A DNA stretch of 64,000 nucleotides from Candidatus Poribacteria bacterium (GCA_965215265.1 OZ244048.1:4320001-4384000), one strand, 5' to 3'. Shown: positions 42,446-53,878, counted from the first letter of the stretch. Notes: a model not told the origin generated them from the sequence alone. Made by a program: numbers and translations.

Positions 42446-43108
42446 TTACAAGGTACCGTTAAAATAGAGACAGTGCTCTGTCAACGGACATTTTTCACAT
42501 AACGGTTTTCGTGCGTTGCAAATTTGTCGCCCAAAATAGATAAGGTTCATGTGGAACGGATATGCCTTCCCTTCAGGAATAATCGGGGGTAACACTTTGT
42601 GGGCTTTCTCTGCACTACAATTTGAAGGGACTAAGCCGAGCCGCTTAGAAATGCGTAGAATATGTGTATCCACCGGGAAGACCTCCCGGCCGCACGCGAA
42701 AGAGAGTGTCACACAGGCGGTTTTAATACCGATGCCTTTGTGTTGACATAGCAGCTCCAAAGCCTCTGTCGTTTCCAGGTCATGGATAAATTCTAGCGCT
42801 AGTTCACCATATTCTGCTTGGAGCCAGACGAGGAAATTTTTTATCGTGCGGCTTTTCTGTTTTCCCAGCCCGGCAATTTTTATCGCATCCTCGACGGTTT
42901 CAACAGGGGCATTCAGCACATCGTCCCACGTCGGAAAACGGTGTCTGAGTTGAACAAAGGCTTTATCACGGTTAATATCTGTCGTGTTCTGCGATAGCAC
43001 GGTTAGCATCAGGCTATCCAGGACGTTTTCATTCCCGGCGCGAGTTGGCACCCCGAGTAACGTCTCTAATGTGTCTGAGACAATTGCTGCTTTCTGTTTT
43101 AATTCCAT
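42446..43108 (-). CDS. Endonuclease III-like HhH-GPD DNA glycosylase
   Basis: LSQNTTD, KGIGIKTA, FPVDTH, CNARKPLCEKCPLTEHC FeS motif. Confidence 0.9.
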   Translation of the reverse strand: MELKQKAAIVSDTLETLLGVPTRAGNENVLDSLMLTVLSQNTTDINRDKAFVQLRHRFPTWDDVLNAPVETVEDAIKIAGLGKQKSRTIKNFLVWLQAEYGELALEFIHDLETTEALELLCQHKGIGIKTACVTLSFACGREVFPVDTHILRISKRLGLVPSNCSAEKAHKVLPPIIPEGKAYPFHMNLIYFGRQICNARKPLCEKCPLTEHCLYFNGTL

Positions 43109-43239
43109 GCTGCAGTAAGAAAAAAAATAGATTTTAATATAGTATACCATGAAGTGGGAAAATGGTAAAGAAAATTTGTGGTGCTTCCCGTTTTATAGGT
43201 GGGCAAAACTGCCTGAATCAGGGTTTTCAGGCGAATCGA

Positions 43240-45180
43240 TTAAAATAGAAAGCGATACATCGGCTTATCAAGCGCAACCGCCAAGAGGCTCCAGAAAGCG
43301 CCGATCACAAATTCACCGAGTACAATGCCGAGAAAGAACGGAATCGCTTTACGGTGTAAACGGAGTCCACCGTACTTGAGTACGAACCATTTAAGGAGCC
43401 AGCCGACAAAGATGGAGCCTACCATCGGATTGATTGCCCAACTGCCTGAGATGGCATAGCCGACGGGATGTAGGTTCCACCAGAGAAACCGCATACGCAT
43501 TGCAGCAAGCAGTAGCGTTAACCCGAATCCGAATGTTGCGAAGCCGATGGCGGGGACATCCGGGGGTGCCGCGTACGTGAGCCATGTTTCTAATCGATTA
43601 AAGGATTCTCGTCCGAATCCGGCGAAACCGCCTTCGGCGTAATACATAGAAAGATATGCCCAAAAGGAACCTAGCGCGCCTAAGGCGGAAGCCAGCATCA
43701 TGAGGAGTGCGAACCGCTTTAATGGGATATTCGCGCCCTCTGCGAGTTTGAATCCTTCTAGTTGATGCGGCATCGCATGCGAACGGTGTGCCCTATTCAG
43801 ACAATAGAGATAGGCGAAGCCGGTTAAGTTTACCGCTCCAAGGCGGCGGATCCCGAATAAGCGCGGTAACATTTCATCTGGGCCGATAAAGTGGAGGTCA
43901 TGTACCGGAGATCCGAGCTCTGCCCGCAGCCGTGCGATCGCAATCGCGATGGCGAACCAGATTAGAAAATAGAGCACAATCACCCAAAACGTCATACCCA
44001 TTTTGAGACAGAAAGCGACGATGAACGCTGCCCCGCCAAGGAGGGCGACGAGTGTGACGCGGTGGGAAACCGGTTCGTCTGGGTGCGGGGACACTACCTG
44101 GCGCACGACCTGCATTAGGTAACGCCGGCTCATCCAGATGGCCAAAACGCAAAGGCCCAAGTAAGCACCATGGGACTGTTCGGCTTCATAAGGAAATCGG
44201 GGTAAACCCCGCCACCCGGCTATCACACCCAGCAGCCGTTCTGCACGCCAAATTAACCAGAATGCCCAACACGAGAAGGAGAGATCAAGTGGAATAAAGA
44301 ACGAAAGCCCCACACCGAAAGGGAACACTCCGAGAGGACTCCACCCGATGCCGTTCCACGGTCTCTCCGTAAAAATCTGCCGCAAATCGTATAGCTTGCC
44401 ACCGAGACTTGGGACAACCGGGAACAGAAAGTTTAGCCCGTTGATGATGTCAATAGAGATGCCAATTGTGAATCCTACCCACATCCACGGTGAACGGAAA
44501 AATCTCGCACGAGACGCGGTCATTTCAAAGGGGAGTTGGATGATCGGGTAACTGAGACGCTCTGACTCTACCCACTGCTTCCGGAAAATTAGACTCAAGC
44601 AGAGCATCACGAGATGAACTGCGACAATGAAGAGCGTCCACCAAAAGATCGCGGGCAACCAGGCAATTAAGTTCGGCTGTTCATAAATGCTTGAAAACCC
44701 GTGATAATAGCCTTCAAGCGCACGTCTATTGCTCACCGCTAACCATTGCGGAATGTGCAGATGAAATAGGTTTATCCAATCATTTTCCGGGGTAGCGAAC
44801 CAGTGCGCGTGCCCGATAATCGGCATTAAAACCAAAAATCTATCGACACCGGCGAGCCCTGCACCGACTGAAATGCAGGTGTAGATGACGAGCAATTCAG
44901 CGCGGTTGAAGGTGAGATGATGATGCAACCGGCGAAAAAGCAGCCCAAAACCGAATAGAATTAAAATCGTGATAACGGCGTTGTAAAATAGGGAGACTTG
45001 CGTTGGGCTTCCACCACCACGGATAATCGAGGCAGATACCCACCAACAGTTCAACGGCACTAAGAGACAGATAAGGAGGATCGCGAATGGCCGAATGCGT
45101 AGGATTTTTCTTTGAACCTTGTTCACCTTCTTTCCAAAGAATAACGAACGTATTCTATCACATTTTTGATCCTGAGACAA
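43240..45180 (-). CDS. Polytopic membrane protein, DUF6785/DUF6784-like
   Basis: FATPENDW, RKQWVESERLSYPIIQLP, WWNLHPVG, GIVLGE; start uncertain. Confidence 0.75.
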   Translation of the reverse strand: MSQDQKCDRIRSLFFGKKVNKVQRKILRIRPFAILLICLLVPLNCWWVSASIIRGGGSPTQVSLFYNAVITILILFGFGLLFRRLHHHLTFNRAELLVIYTCISVGAGLAGVDRFLVLMPIIGHAHWFATPENDWINLFHLHIPQWLAVSNRRALEGYYHGFSSIYEQPNLIAWLPAIFWWTLFIVAVHLVMLCLSLIFRKQWVESERLSYPIIQLPFEMTASRARFFRSPWMWVGFTIGISIDIINGLNFLFPVVPSLGGKLYDLRQIFTERPWNGIGWSPLGVFPFGVGLSFFIPLDLSFSCWAFWLIWRAERLLGVIAGWRGLPRFPYEAEQSHGAYLGLCVLAIWMSRRYLMQVVRQVVSPHPDEPVSHRVTLVALLGGAAFIVAFCLKMGMTFWVIVLYFLIWFAIAIAIARLRAELGSPVHDLHFIGPDEMLPRLFGIRRLGAVNLTGFAYLYCLNRAHRSHAMPHQLEGFKLAEGANIPLKRFALLMMLASALGALGSFWAYLSMYYAEGGFAGFGRESFNRLETWLTYAAPPDVPAIGFATFGFGLTLLLAAMRMRFLWWNLHPVGYAISGSWAINPMVGSIFVGWLLKWFVLKYGGLRLHRKAIPFFLGIVLGEFVIGAFWSLLAVALDKPMYRFLF

Positions 45181-45248
45181 CAGTTTTTTTTGTCTCTCAA
45201 TTCCATCTGATAAGGAGAGTTGCGTTGATACAATCTAAAATGCTTTTT

Positions 45249-46078
45249 TTTCGTGAAAACGGCTTATCTGGCGACGGCTTGTGTTTTGCTCCAAAGTCTC
45301 CAATTCACGAAAAGTTTCACGAGAGGTTTTCATGAGCGTAGACTACCACTGCGTTCATACAATACAAAACCCATTTCTTTCGTGAAACGGCTCATATCGC
45401 AACTTCCTTTGTTTTGCTCCAAAGTCTCCAATTCACGAAAAGTTTCACGAGGGATTTTCGTGAGCGTAGACTACCACTGCGTTCAGAAGATTCGACATGC
45501 GTTTTTTCGTGAAACAGGCTTATCTGGCAGTTTCCTCTGTTTTGGTTGGTGGTATGCAATTCACGAAAAGTTTCACGAGGGATTTTCGTGAGCGTAGACT
45601 ACCACTGCGTTCAGAAGATTCGACATGCGTTTTTTCGTGAAACAGGCTTATCTGGTAGTTTCCTCTGTTTTGGTTGGTGGTATGCAATTCACGAAAAGTT
45701 TCACGAGAGGTTTTCGTGAGCGTAGACTACCACTGCGTTCATAAAATCCAAAGCCGTTTCTTTCGTGAAAACGACTTATCTGGCAGCTTCAGATGTTTTG
45801 CTCCAGAGTCTCCAATTCACGAAAAGTTTCACGAGAGGTTTTCATGAGCGTAGACTACCACTGCGTTCATACGATACAGAATCCGTTCCTTTCGTGAAAC
45901 GGCTCATATCGCAACTTCCTTTGTTTTGCTCCAGAGTCTCCAATTCACGAAAAGTTTCACGAGAGGTTTTCGTGAGCGTAGACTACCACTGCGTTCATAA
46001 ATACAAAGCCGTTTCTTTCGTGAAAACGGGTTATCTGGCAGCTGCCTCTGTTTGACTACAAACTATCCAATTCACGAA
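45249..46078. repeat. Tandem array of 128-bp non-coding units (six complete cores plus a partial seventh)
   Basis: CAATTCACGAAAAGTTTCACGAG..TTTTC(G/A)TGAGCGTAGACTACCACTGCGTTCA at 45301, 45429, 45557, 45685, 45813 and 45941, partial at 46068; isolated fragment at ~46236-46290. Confidence 0.95.
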
Positions 46079-46324
46079 TGGAGGCGGTTATCGCCGAAGC
46101 AGCTTCGGCCCCAAAGTCGTCGCCACTTCGCGCAGACGCGTTTGAAATAAATCTTGATATCCTTATCTATCTGCTTAGGCTCTTAACTTCTCATGATAAA
46201 GTATAGCAGCGTCTCTGCTTTTTTGTCAACGTCTTTTTTCGTGAAAACGGCTCATATCGTAACTTCAGATGTTTGGCTCCAAACCGCAATTCTGGTGGGT
46301 TGCTATAATATAGAGCGTGGTGCT

Positions 46325-49300
46325 TCATACTGTCATCCCTGCGTCGCGATACGTCTGTTCTATGAGTTGAATTTCTTGCGGCGTTAACTCATATAACTGA
46401 TAGACTAAGGTATCTATCTCTTTCTCAAGTGCGTTCACGGCATCGCCGTTGGGTTCTGCCAATATCTGCGCGACGAGGCGTGAGAGTGCGGCTTTCTGTG
46501 CTTCTGTTCTATTGGCTATCGGGACATGTCGCATGTATTGAGCAATGAAACGCAAGCCACCACCTATCCACGGATCGTTAAGGCTCTGAAACTTATATTT
46601 GGCATACCAATCAAAAAGTTGGCTGTTCAAAATTGCAAGCAAAGAGAGATCCTCAGTAGGTAAGATGTAGGTAGTCTGTAAGGAAAAAGCGTTTGCGGTA
46701 TCATAACACGCACGCATAGATGAGCTAATATCCGGATAGATGATCTTCGGCTTTTCGAACGCGTCGTAATAGGCGCACGAACGCAACTCCCAATAGAATT
46801 TTCCCTGGTTATCACGGGGTAAAAGCCGCTCTTTATAGCGTATTAGATGGCGATGGATTGCTGGATAGGTTTTTTCAAAAATCTGTTCGGCTTCAGATTC
46901 GCTTGCTGCGTTTGACCAGGGCCACTGTTTATTGGCACTGCTGGCTATTGCTATCAAGTGCTCGTTTGCTGATACCGCTTTCCATTTTTTGAGATTCCGC
47001 CCTCGCAGTAAAGGTTTTATGAGTTGTGCGCTTTTGGCATCCTCTGCTATTAGCTGCTGACAGAGAGATTCATCTATGATAAATGCTTCATTGTATCCGG
47101 TGAAGATACCAATATAAAGTTGACCTTGTATTGATTCGCTGAATGATGTTCCCGTGTGTTGCAATTTCTGTAGTAGGGCGAGTGTTTCTGTGCGTGCTAA
47201 CGTCCATTCTTCTGAAGACAAATAGGCGAGCTGCATCGGGAATGCCTGCGTTTGAAATGCTTTCCGGACGTTAAATTCCTTTGAAACATGCCTTAGGGTT
47301 GTCGCATGGAGGGTGTGGTTTGGAGTAGGTGGCGACTTTTGAACGAGGAGAATGGATGCATTTACTGCTGCGTCAAAGACGGAAAGGCTGCCGAAATCCA
47401 AAATTGTTTTTAGTGCCATCTCAGCGGTTAGGAATTGGCGTAGTTTTTTTCCGTAGCCGCTGCGCATAAACTTGTTTGTGCAGATGTAGGAGAGTAAACC
47501 ACCTTCTCGTAGTAGTTCGGCTCCGCGTTTGTAGAAGTAGACGCTGATGTCTGCCATGCCCGTAAAGAAATCACCAAATTGTGTTTTCAAGGTAGGTTTG
47601 AGATGGTGAATTTTGTGGTGTCGGATGTAGGGTGGATTGCCGATGACGATGTGAAAGCCGTGGTGGATGCCGAACATCCATGCGGGTTCAAAGAAATCGG
47701 CGACGGCGTTCTGGTTGTATGGATTCCAGTCTGCGATTTTCTGTGCCTCTTCTACGCTGGCTGTTAGCTTTTGCTGACGAATTGCATACGCTTTCTCGAG
47801 TTTTTCTTGGAGTTGGTTGCGCGCCTCCTTTTTTGGCAGCTGCGCAATCTGTTGGGATATCCGGCTTTGCTCCTGCACCGTCCACTGTTCCGACTGTGTT
47901 CTTAGCGCGAGTGCCAATTTTTCACGGCACTTTTCCTCTTTTCGCATCGCCTCAAGTTTTTGCCGACGGGTGCTGCCGGAGAAGTGTTTGGCGCGGATGA
48001 CTTCAATGTCGTTGCGGAGTTGTTGGATGGTGTCTGTTTCCAGCAAGCGCTGAAAATCCGTTTCTTTTGCCCCCTTCAAGCCGATGAGGGTGTTTGCGGC
48101 AACGAACTTCGTCTCCAAGTTGGGGAGGGGTCTGATGCCGTAGTTGTCGTCAGGGTTCTGGTTGGGTATCTGCTCGATGATGAGAGAGATGAAAAAACGG
48201 AGTTTGGCTATTGTGACGGCGATGGGTTGTATATCTATGCCGTAGAGGGAGTTTTGGATGAGGTAGAGTTTGCGTCCGTAGTCGTTGTAGTGATTCGCCT
48301 TGGAGAAAACTGCCTCAATTGCCTGCTTTGCGCTTTCTCGGCTTTGGACGTCTGGTATGTTCTCAGCTTGTTGAAGTTGTCGCTGTTTCCAGTTTTGATT
48401 CTGCGGATCGAGTTTTCGGAGGATGAGCACGAGTTTATTGAGGATGCCCATAGCGAAAGCCCCGGAGCCGACGGCTGGATCTATGACTTTGAGTTCGTTT
48501 ATCGCCTGAATGAGGGGTTGAATTTCCTCTGGATGAATGAGGTGATGTGCGTCTTCATCAATGTTGCCTTGGGAATCGTAAGCGAGGAGGTCTTCGCGGA
48601 GGCGTTCCTCAAGGTATTGTGTGTCGCCGTCGTAGGGTTTGACGTTTTGGATGAGATAGGCGCTGAGTGCCTCGTCTACCATGTGTTCAACGATTTGGCG
48701 GGGTGTGTAGTAAGAGCCTGTGGCTTTGCGTGCGGTGGATTGCGTTTCAGGGTTATAGGTGCCGAGCAGGTTTTCAAACACTTGTCCGAGGAGCTCTGGA
48801 TCGAGCGCGACTTCTTGTTCAATGGGTGTGTTTTCCTCGACAGTAAACTTATAGTGAGCGAAGAGAGGAAAGAGTCCGTGTGTTTCGTCAAAGAAGAGTT
48901 TTGCGGGGACGTGTAATTTTTGCCGAACCGTTTTGTTATCAGAGAAACAGTCTATTCGGACACCGCCGTCGCCGGTTGCCTCAAAGGTATCCAAGCAGTC
49001 AAATAAGCCGCCGTTGACAAATGGGACGTGCTTTAGGTGTTGAAGGAAGGTTTGGGGTGATTGCAGCAAGTCAGCATAGCGATATTTGCTTGAATCGCGA
49101 TGGCTCCTGTTATCGTGTGTGCTAAAGGTGCGTTGATTTATGGGTGTGTTGAGAGTAGCAAAGAATAGATTTTGGAGGATGGCTTGGTAGTAGTCGGATG
49201 TGTCGGGGTTAAAGTTTTTGAGGTGTGCGTGCAGGCTGTTTTCTGTCGTGGCGTTCGGCAGAAGACTTAACGTCTGTAAGGGGGGGGGTATTCAGACTGT

Positions 49301-50232
49301 TGGTTGTTTTGCAGGCTTACCTGCCTATTCTGTTCAGATTCTTCAGACAGCTCGTTGTTTTGCGTGCCCGCCTGCTCTTTCTGCTCGGAATCTTCAAAAA
49401 GCCACTCGGGGACAAGCCCTTTTTCTTTCAAGAACCATATAAAGAGCAGCCGCGTGATGAGCCGGATGATGTGTGCTTCGGAACCCAACGGATTCAGCTC
49501 GGCTGTCGGGAACTTCGCTTCCCTCACTGCCCACTCGAACCAGTTGAACAACCTTCCGTAGAACTGCTTGTTGAGCGCTTCGGTGTTGAGTTTCGCTAGC
49601 CAGGCGGATAGCAGCCCCTCGAAGTTTTTCTGTTTCTTATTTGCGTCAATCCACTTCACGCATTCTGTTAGTGACAGCTCAGAGAGGATATCCAGATGCG
49701 CACGGTGCGGCGCCTCAAGACGAATATCCTTGATGAGTGTCACTTGCTGGAGAACATCGCGCCCTGGGTGGTGCGCGTGTGGACGGCGTCCCACAAAACC
49801 GAGGGTTAGCCGGGTTGACACACGAAATAACACCACCGTCGGAACAATCAGACGCTTGTTGATTTCTCGCGTCAATTCTGCGTACGCACCGCGGGAGTAG
49901 GTTTTCTCTTTTAGTTCTACCGCGAAGAAAAAGAAACTTTCCGCATCGTTTCCTTCAAAGAGTTCTAACCGCTGTTGCGTTTCGCCATCTATTTCTGCGT
50001 CTGTGAGTTGGAAGATGAAGTGTATCGAGGCTGCGTGGTTTCGGAGGGCTTGTTCTGTTTGGGTGTTTCGGTTGAATGCGGGGAAAGTCTCTATAAAGTC
50101 GCCGGCTGTTCCAGAGAATGCTTCTGTCAAATCGCTGCGGTAGCCGAGCGTGGCGAGCAGGTTTTTCGCAGTTTGTAAAAAGGGGCCAGTGCATATTGCA
50201 GCGAGAGCCTCTCTGATGTGTTCTTTGTTCAT
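46325..50232 (-). pseudogene. Type IIG (Eco57I-like) restriction-modification enzyme split by a frameshift at a C9 tract (possibly phase-variable)
   Basis: IRLITRLLFIWFLKEK in the 5' ORF; SDYYQAILQNLFFATLN, VPFVNGGLF, TGSYYTP, DPAVGSGAF, VIGNPPY and a TaqI_C-like end in the shifted frame; G9 at 49280-49288. Confidence 0.85.
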
Positions 50233-50709
50233 GCGTTTGCTCCTCTGGGGCCATGCGGTTGAGGGACGAGGCTGGGCTTTGTGAGTTTATTGTGCATGCG
50301 GTTGTCTCCTCTGATAAGCAGGTTTTCAACATTGTCAGGCAGATTTTTATGGTGTTCACATTAATATATCATATTTTAAAAAAAATTGTAAGAGAAATGT
50401 GGGGCATCTGATTTAGCGGCACTTTTTTTGTGAGTTGCGGGTGGGGGCGATGGCGGAGTCTGTGTATGAGAAAAGCTATGAGTCCGCGCGGCGCAAGAGA
50501 GCTGCGAAAAAGGCGACGCGAACCCTCGGACAACGAGGAGCCGGAGGTCGCAGCAACAGAAACACAAAAAACTTCAGTTTCATCTCTTCCAAGCCGTTCA
50601 AGCGCTAAAAAAGGCGAATTTGGTCACGACATGTAAAAATTCATAGAAATGCAACAATTCTGTCAAAAAAGTAAAAAAGTTTCGGTTTAGGTTAAACTAA
50701 ACATATTTG

Positions 50710-50737
50710 TTGACAAATTCACGCGAAGCCGTATAAT
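50710..50737 (+). promoter_or_regulatory. Consensus sigma70 promoter
   Basis: TTGACA-16 bp-TATAAT upstream of ORF 50870. Confidence 0.7.
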
Positions 50738-50869
50738 TAAAGTTACCGACCAAGGGTGTCAGTTTCTTTTTGGGCGAGGGCCGATATTCTTTTTATTCAA
50801 ACACCGGAACGGAGATTTTTGTCGTGTCCTGACGGCAGGCTCCCGATCATCACAAAGGTCTCAAAAACG

Positions 50870-52483
50870 ATGCCTCTGAGCAATAGAAAAAAAATTGTTA
50901 TAATCAGTCTAATCGCATTTATTGGAATTATTATTTTGCTGTCTATTATTTATCATCGTACGTCGCTTTGGAAACCGGAGCAGCAGCTTATCACGCTACT
51001 CCCAGAAAATCCTGTGGGTTATGTGAGTTTCAAAGAAGTTGAAGGGTTCGTCCAAACGTTTACCGGCAGCGAATTCGGGCAGCAGATGTCAGAAATTCCG
51101 CTTATTGCTAAAATTAAGACGCAACTTTGGTGGAGGCAGCTCGTCGATCAGAAGCAGCTATGGGAATATGAGATGGGTGGCAAGCTCGACCTCCAAGCAG
51201 TGAAGGCATATTTCGGCGAAGAAACCATTCTCGCGCTGTACCGACGCGACGAAGAAATTACATTCCTCTTGATTAGCGCGCTCGGCGCGACGGAGAAATT
51301 GGCTATTGAAGCGATGACGGCGACTGACGCGATTAACCCGAAATACAGACGCACCCGAACCGAACACGCGGGTTTCACAATTAATACAATTACGGGGTAC
51401 CCGCGTGATTTTAGCTACGCCTTTATCGGAAAAATCGGCATTTTGAGCCTCAGTTACCCCTTGCTCACGGAGGTGCTTGATATCTACATGGGCAAAAAAC
51501 AGCATTTCCTTCAGCAGCATCCGATGCAGGAAACTATTCAGAGAGACTATGGTCGTGACAAGAGTACTGTTTACATGGATATTCCACGCCTACTCACCTC
51601 ATTTGTCAAGACGAACGAACGTTTGCTGCATTTTGTTGAACAAGTTCATCCGCTATTGGGTAAAACGGAATTCTGGACTTTGGGGAACCGGTATGAGGAT
51701 GGCATAATTCTGTCACGTCATCGTGTTCGCAATCAGACAAAGGAAGGCGCAAATGTCAGTACGTTCCCTCAGCTGCATCCGGGTATCAGTGCACTTCTCC
51801 CGGAAAGAACTGCCTTGGTCACCGCTGTTCCACTCTCATCTCAGATAGAGACGTTTGTTCCCAATCTTGATTTATCCGAGTACTTAGGTGCGGAATTGGT
51901 GCTCGGGTTAATCGCCGCGGAAGCAGAGCAGCTGTCCGTTGTGCCTTCGGTCATTCTGCTGGCTCCTGTTAAAGCCGCGGGGGGGTTGAGAGCCGAATTG
52001 GAAAACCTGAAGGCGCGAAAAATCTCTATTGCGGGGCAACCGCTTCAATTCCTCGCGCCGCAGGACTACCGGGGTACGCGCCTCCATCCGTTCCAACTGC
52101 GCTTTAATTTTTTGTTGGCACTCACAGGAGGCTATGCTGTTGTCAAGGATTACCTTGTGTTCAGCACCACGCTCGCTAGTTTGAAATCTGTGGTGGATGC
52201 GAGCTTAGCGCCAACTCCGACATTAACCGATGCGGTGCTTAACACGAAGGCCGGTTCGATGCAGACTTTTGTTCAGCCGCATCTCTTTGTTCCGGAATTG
52301 AAGCGATTTTTGGTGATGGTTACGTTGCTGACCTCGCTATCCGGTCAGGATTCGGATGCTGAACTGATTGAGCAGTTCCAAGAGAATCTGTTTCCGCTGG
52401 AGGCGCTCGGTCCAATTTCTGCTGAGGTGCGGCGCACGGAGGACGGTGTGGATATCGAATTTCGGATTGTTTTGGAAGAGTAA
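50870..52483 (+). CDS. Membrane-anchored hypothetical protein (DUF3352-like)
   Basis: N-terminal TM after MPLSNRKK, LLPENP, SYAFIG, YAVVKDYLVFS; family call tentative. Confidence 0.6.
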   Translation: MPLSNRKKIVIISLIAFIGIIILLSIIYHRTSLWKPEQQLITLLPENPVGYVSFKEVEGFVQTFTGSEFGQQMSEIPLIAKIKTQLWWRQLVDQKQLWEYEMGGKLDLQAVKAYFGEETILALYRRDEEITFLLISALGATEKLAIEAMTATDAINPKYRRTRTEHAGFTINTITGYPRDFSYAFIGKIGILSLSYPLLTEVLDIYMGKKQHFLQQHPMQETIQRDYGRDKSTVYMDIPRLLTSFVKTNERLLHFVEQVHPLLGKTEFWTLGNRYEDGIILSRHRVRNQTKEGANVSTFPQLHPGISALLPERTALVTAVPLSSQIETFVPNLDLSEYLGAELVLGLIAAEAEQLSVVPSVILLAPVKAAGGLRAELENLKARKISIAGQPLQFLAPQDYRGTRLHPFQLRFNFLLALTGGYAVVKDYLVFSTTLASLKSVVDASLAPTPTLTDAVLNTKAGSMQTFVQPHLFVPELKRFLVMVTLLTSLSGQDSDAELIEQFQENLFPLEALGPISAEVRRTEDGVDIEFRIVLEE

Positions 52484-52506
52484 GCGTGTAATGTTGGAAC
52501 TCACGC

Positions 52507-52780
52507 TTTCGTATATTTCAGCCCGACACAAATTGCTGAAATGAACACCCTAGCATAAATTTCGTTCTTTCGTCTATAGGAGCCCCATAAAGGCGTTTGT
52601 TATGTAAAATCCTGTGAAAACCTCGCCAGAGCCATCTGGTGCTATGCCTAAGAAGTCCCCGACGAGATGTGCACAGTGATTGACAACGCCTGATGCGTTG
52701 ATGGGCTCCAGTATACAAAAAGACGAGATTTACACCCGAGCCATCAAGGCATAGGCATTGACGGTACGGAGATATATAAC
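52507..52780. repeat. Nested family-1 elements (inner full copy ~52568-52720 between outer arms)
   Basis: Outer arm ends AAATTTCGTT, inner TTTCGTCTATAGGAGCCC...CAGTATACAAAAA, then GACGAGATTTACAC...GTACGGAGATATA. Confidence 0.85.
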
Positions 52781-52789
52781 AGAAAAGAG

Positions 52790-53878
52790 ATGCTGAGATT
52801 TGCACAGATTGCCCGTTTTCATGGAGTAGGCGCTCGATTTGAGCTCACCAAATGTCCCATTCCTTTTCTGGGGGCTCATTCCGTTTTAATACAGGTACGG
52901 TTGGCGGCAGTCTGTGGTTCTGACCTGCACACAATTAGCGGAAGACGCGCCGCGGTCTTACCGTGTGTGCTTGGACACGAAGTCGTCGGAACCGTTGCAG
53001 CGCCTACACAAGTACGCGCTGCAGATGGAGCACCCTTAGGCATAGGCGAGCGAGTGACATGGAGCCTCACGGCATCATGTGGGACATGTTTATATTGTGT
53101 GGCGAGAAATCTCCCGCAAAAATGCGAGCGGTTGTTCAAATATGGGCATGCACAAGACAACGGTGCAGGTGCATTGAGCGGCGGTTTTGCGACACATATT
53201 CTGCTTCGACCGGGGACAACGATTTATCGCATCCCTGATACGGTAACGGATGCCGAGGCGGTTTCTGCGAATTGTGCGCTTTCTACCGTTATCAATGGAC
53301 TTGATGCCATCGGAATGCAATCAAGCACGACGGCTGTGGTGCATGGGGCAGGCATGTTGGGTATCTATGCAGTCTGCTATCTACGTGAGCAGTCATATCA
53401 GACTGTGGCGGTTGTGGATAAAAATGCCGCGCGTTTGCAAATCGCTGAGCAGTTTGGAGCTACACATACCTTTAATATGGACACGGTTTCGGCGGCAGAA
53501 ATCGGGAACGTCTTGAAACAACACACGGATGGGCAGGGCGTTGAGCTTGCGGTGGAAGTGAGCGGTGCGCCGTCCGCGCTCCCGGCGCTTGTTGATTGGT
53601 TGACGACCGGCGGGAAGTGTCTCACACTCGGCTACGTTTATCCGGAGGCAGAAGTCTCGCTCGACGCGCACCAATTGGTCACAAAATGTTTAACGCTCCG
53701 CGGTTTCCATAACTATCATCCGGAGGCGGTTGGTAAGGCAGTTCGATTTTTAGCGCGAACGCGGGAGCGTTATCCGTTCGCGGCGCTTGTTGGTAAGATA
53801 TATCCGTTATCTGAAATTGATAGCGCGGTTGTTCATGCAATGCGACAAGAGGCTATCCGCATCGCGATTCAACCGTAG
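52790..53878 (+). CDS. Zinc-binding alcohol dehydrogenase (HpnZ-like / phosphonate-catabolism-associated type)
   Basis: VCGSDLH, LGHEVVG, CGTCLYC...C, ANCALST, GAGMLG, HNYHP. Confidence 0.85.
   Translation: MLRFAQIARFHGVGARFELTKCPIPFLGAHSVLIQVRLAAVCGSDLHTISGRRAAVLPCVLGHEVVGTVAAPTQVRAADGAPLGIGERVTWSLTASCGTCLYCVARNLPQKCERLFKYGHAQDNGAGALSGGFATHILLRPGTTIYRIPDTVTDAEAVSANCALSTVINGLDAIGMQSSTTAVVHGAGMLGIYAVCYLREQSYQTVAVVDKNAARLQIAEQFGATHTFNMDTVSAAEIGNVLKQHTDGQGVELAVEVSGAPSALPALVDWLTTGGKCLTLGYVYPEAEVSLDAHQLVTKCLTLRGFHNYHPEAVGKAVRFLARTRERYPFAALVGKIYPLSEIDSAVVHAMRQEAIRIAIQP

Noticed and set aside
45249-46078. The 128-bp array as a canonical CRISPR
   Set aside because: The unit is too long, the variable segments are homologous to one another, and no cas genes are in the window
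45253-46387. Short ORFs within the 128-bp array (45253..45591, 45765..46055, 46193..46387)
   Set aside because: The period is not a multiple of three and the frames shift from unit to unit, so these are by-products of the repeat
47960-48916. 318-aa plus-strand ORF and other long antisense ORFs (e.g. 5884..6594, 27383..27991, 2390..2992)
   Set aside because: They are shadow ORFs opposite well-supported genes, with no recognisable motifs
50376-50640. Possible ncRNA or small gene upstream of the type IIG gene
   Set aside because: No recognisable motif, structure family or credible start; cannot be supported
52760-52790. GGAGATATAC at the element end as a portable ribosome-binding site
   Set aside because: In the cases checked the GGAG is about 17 or more nt from the start codon, too far for a normal SD
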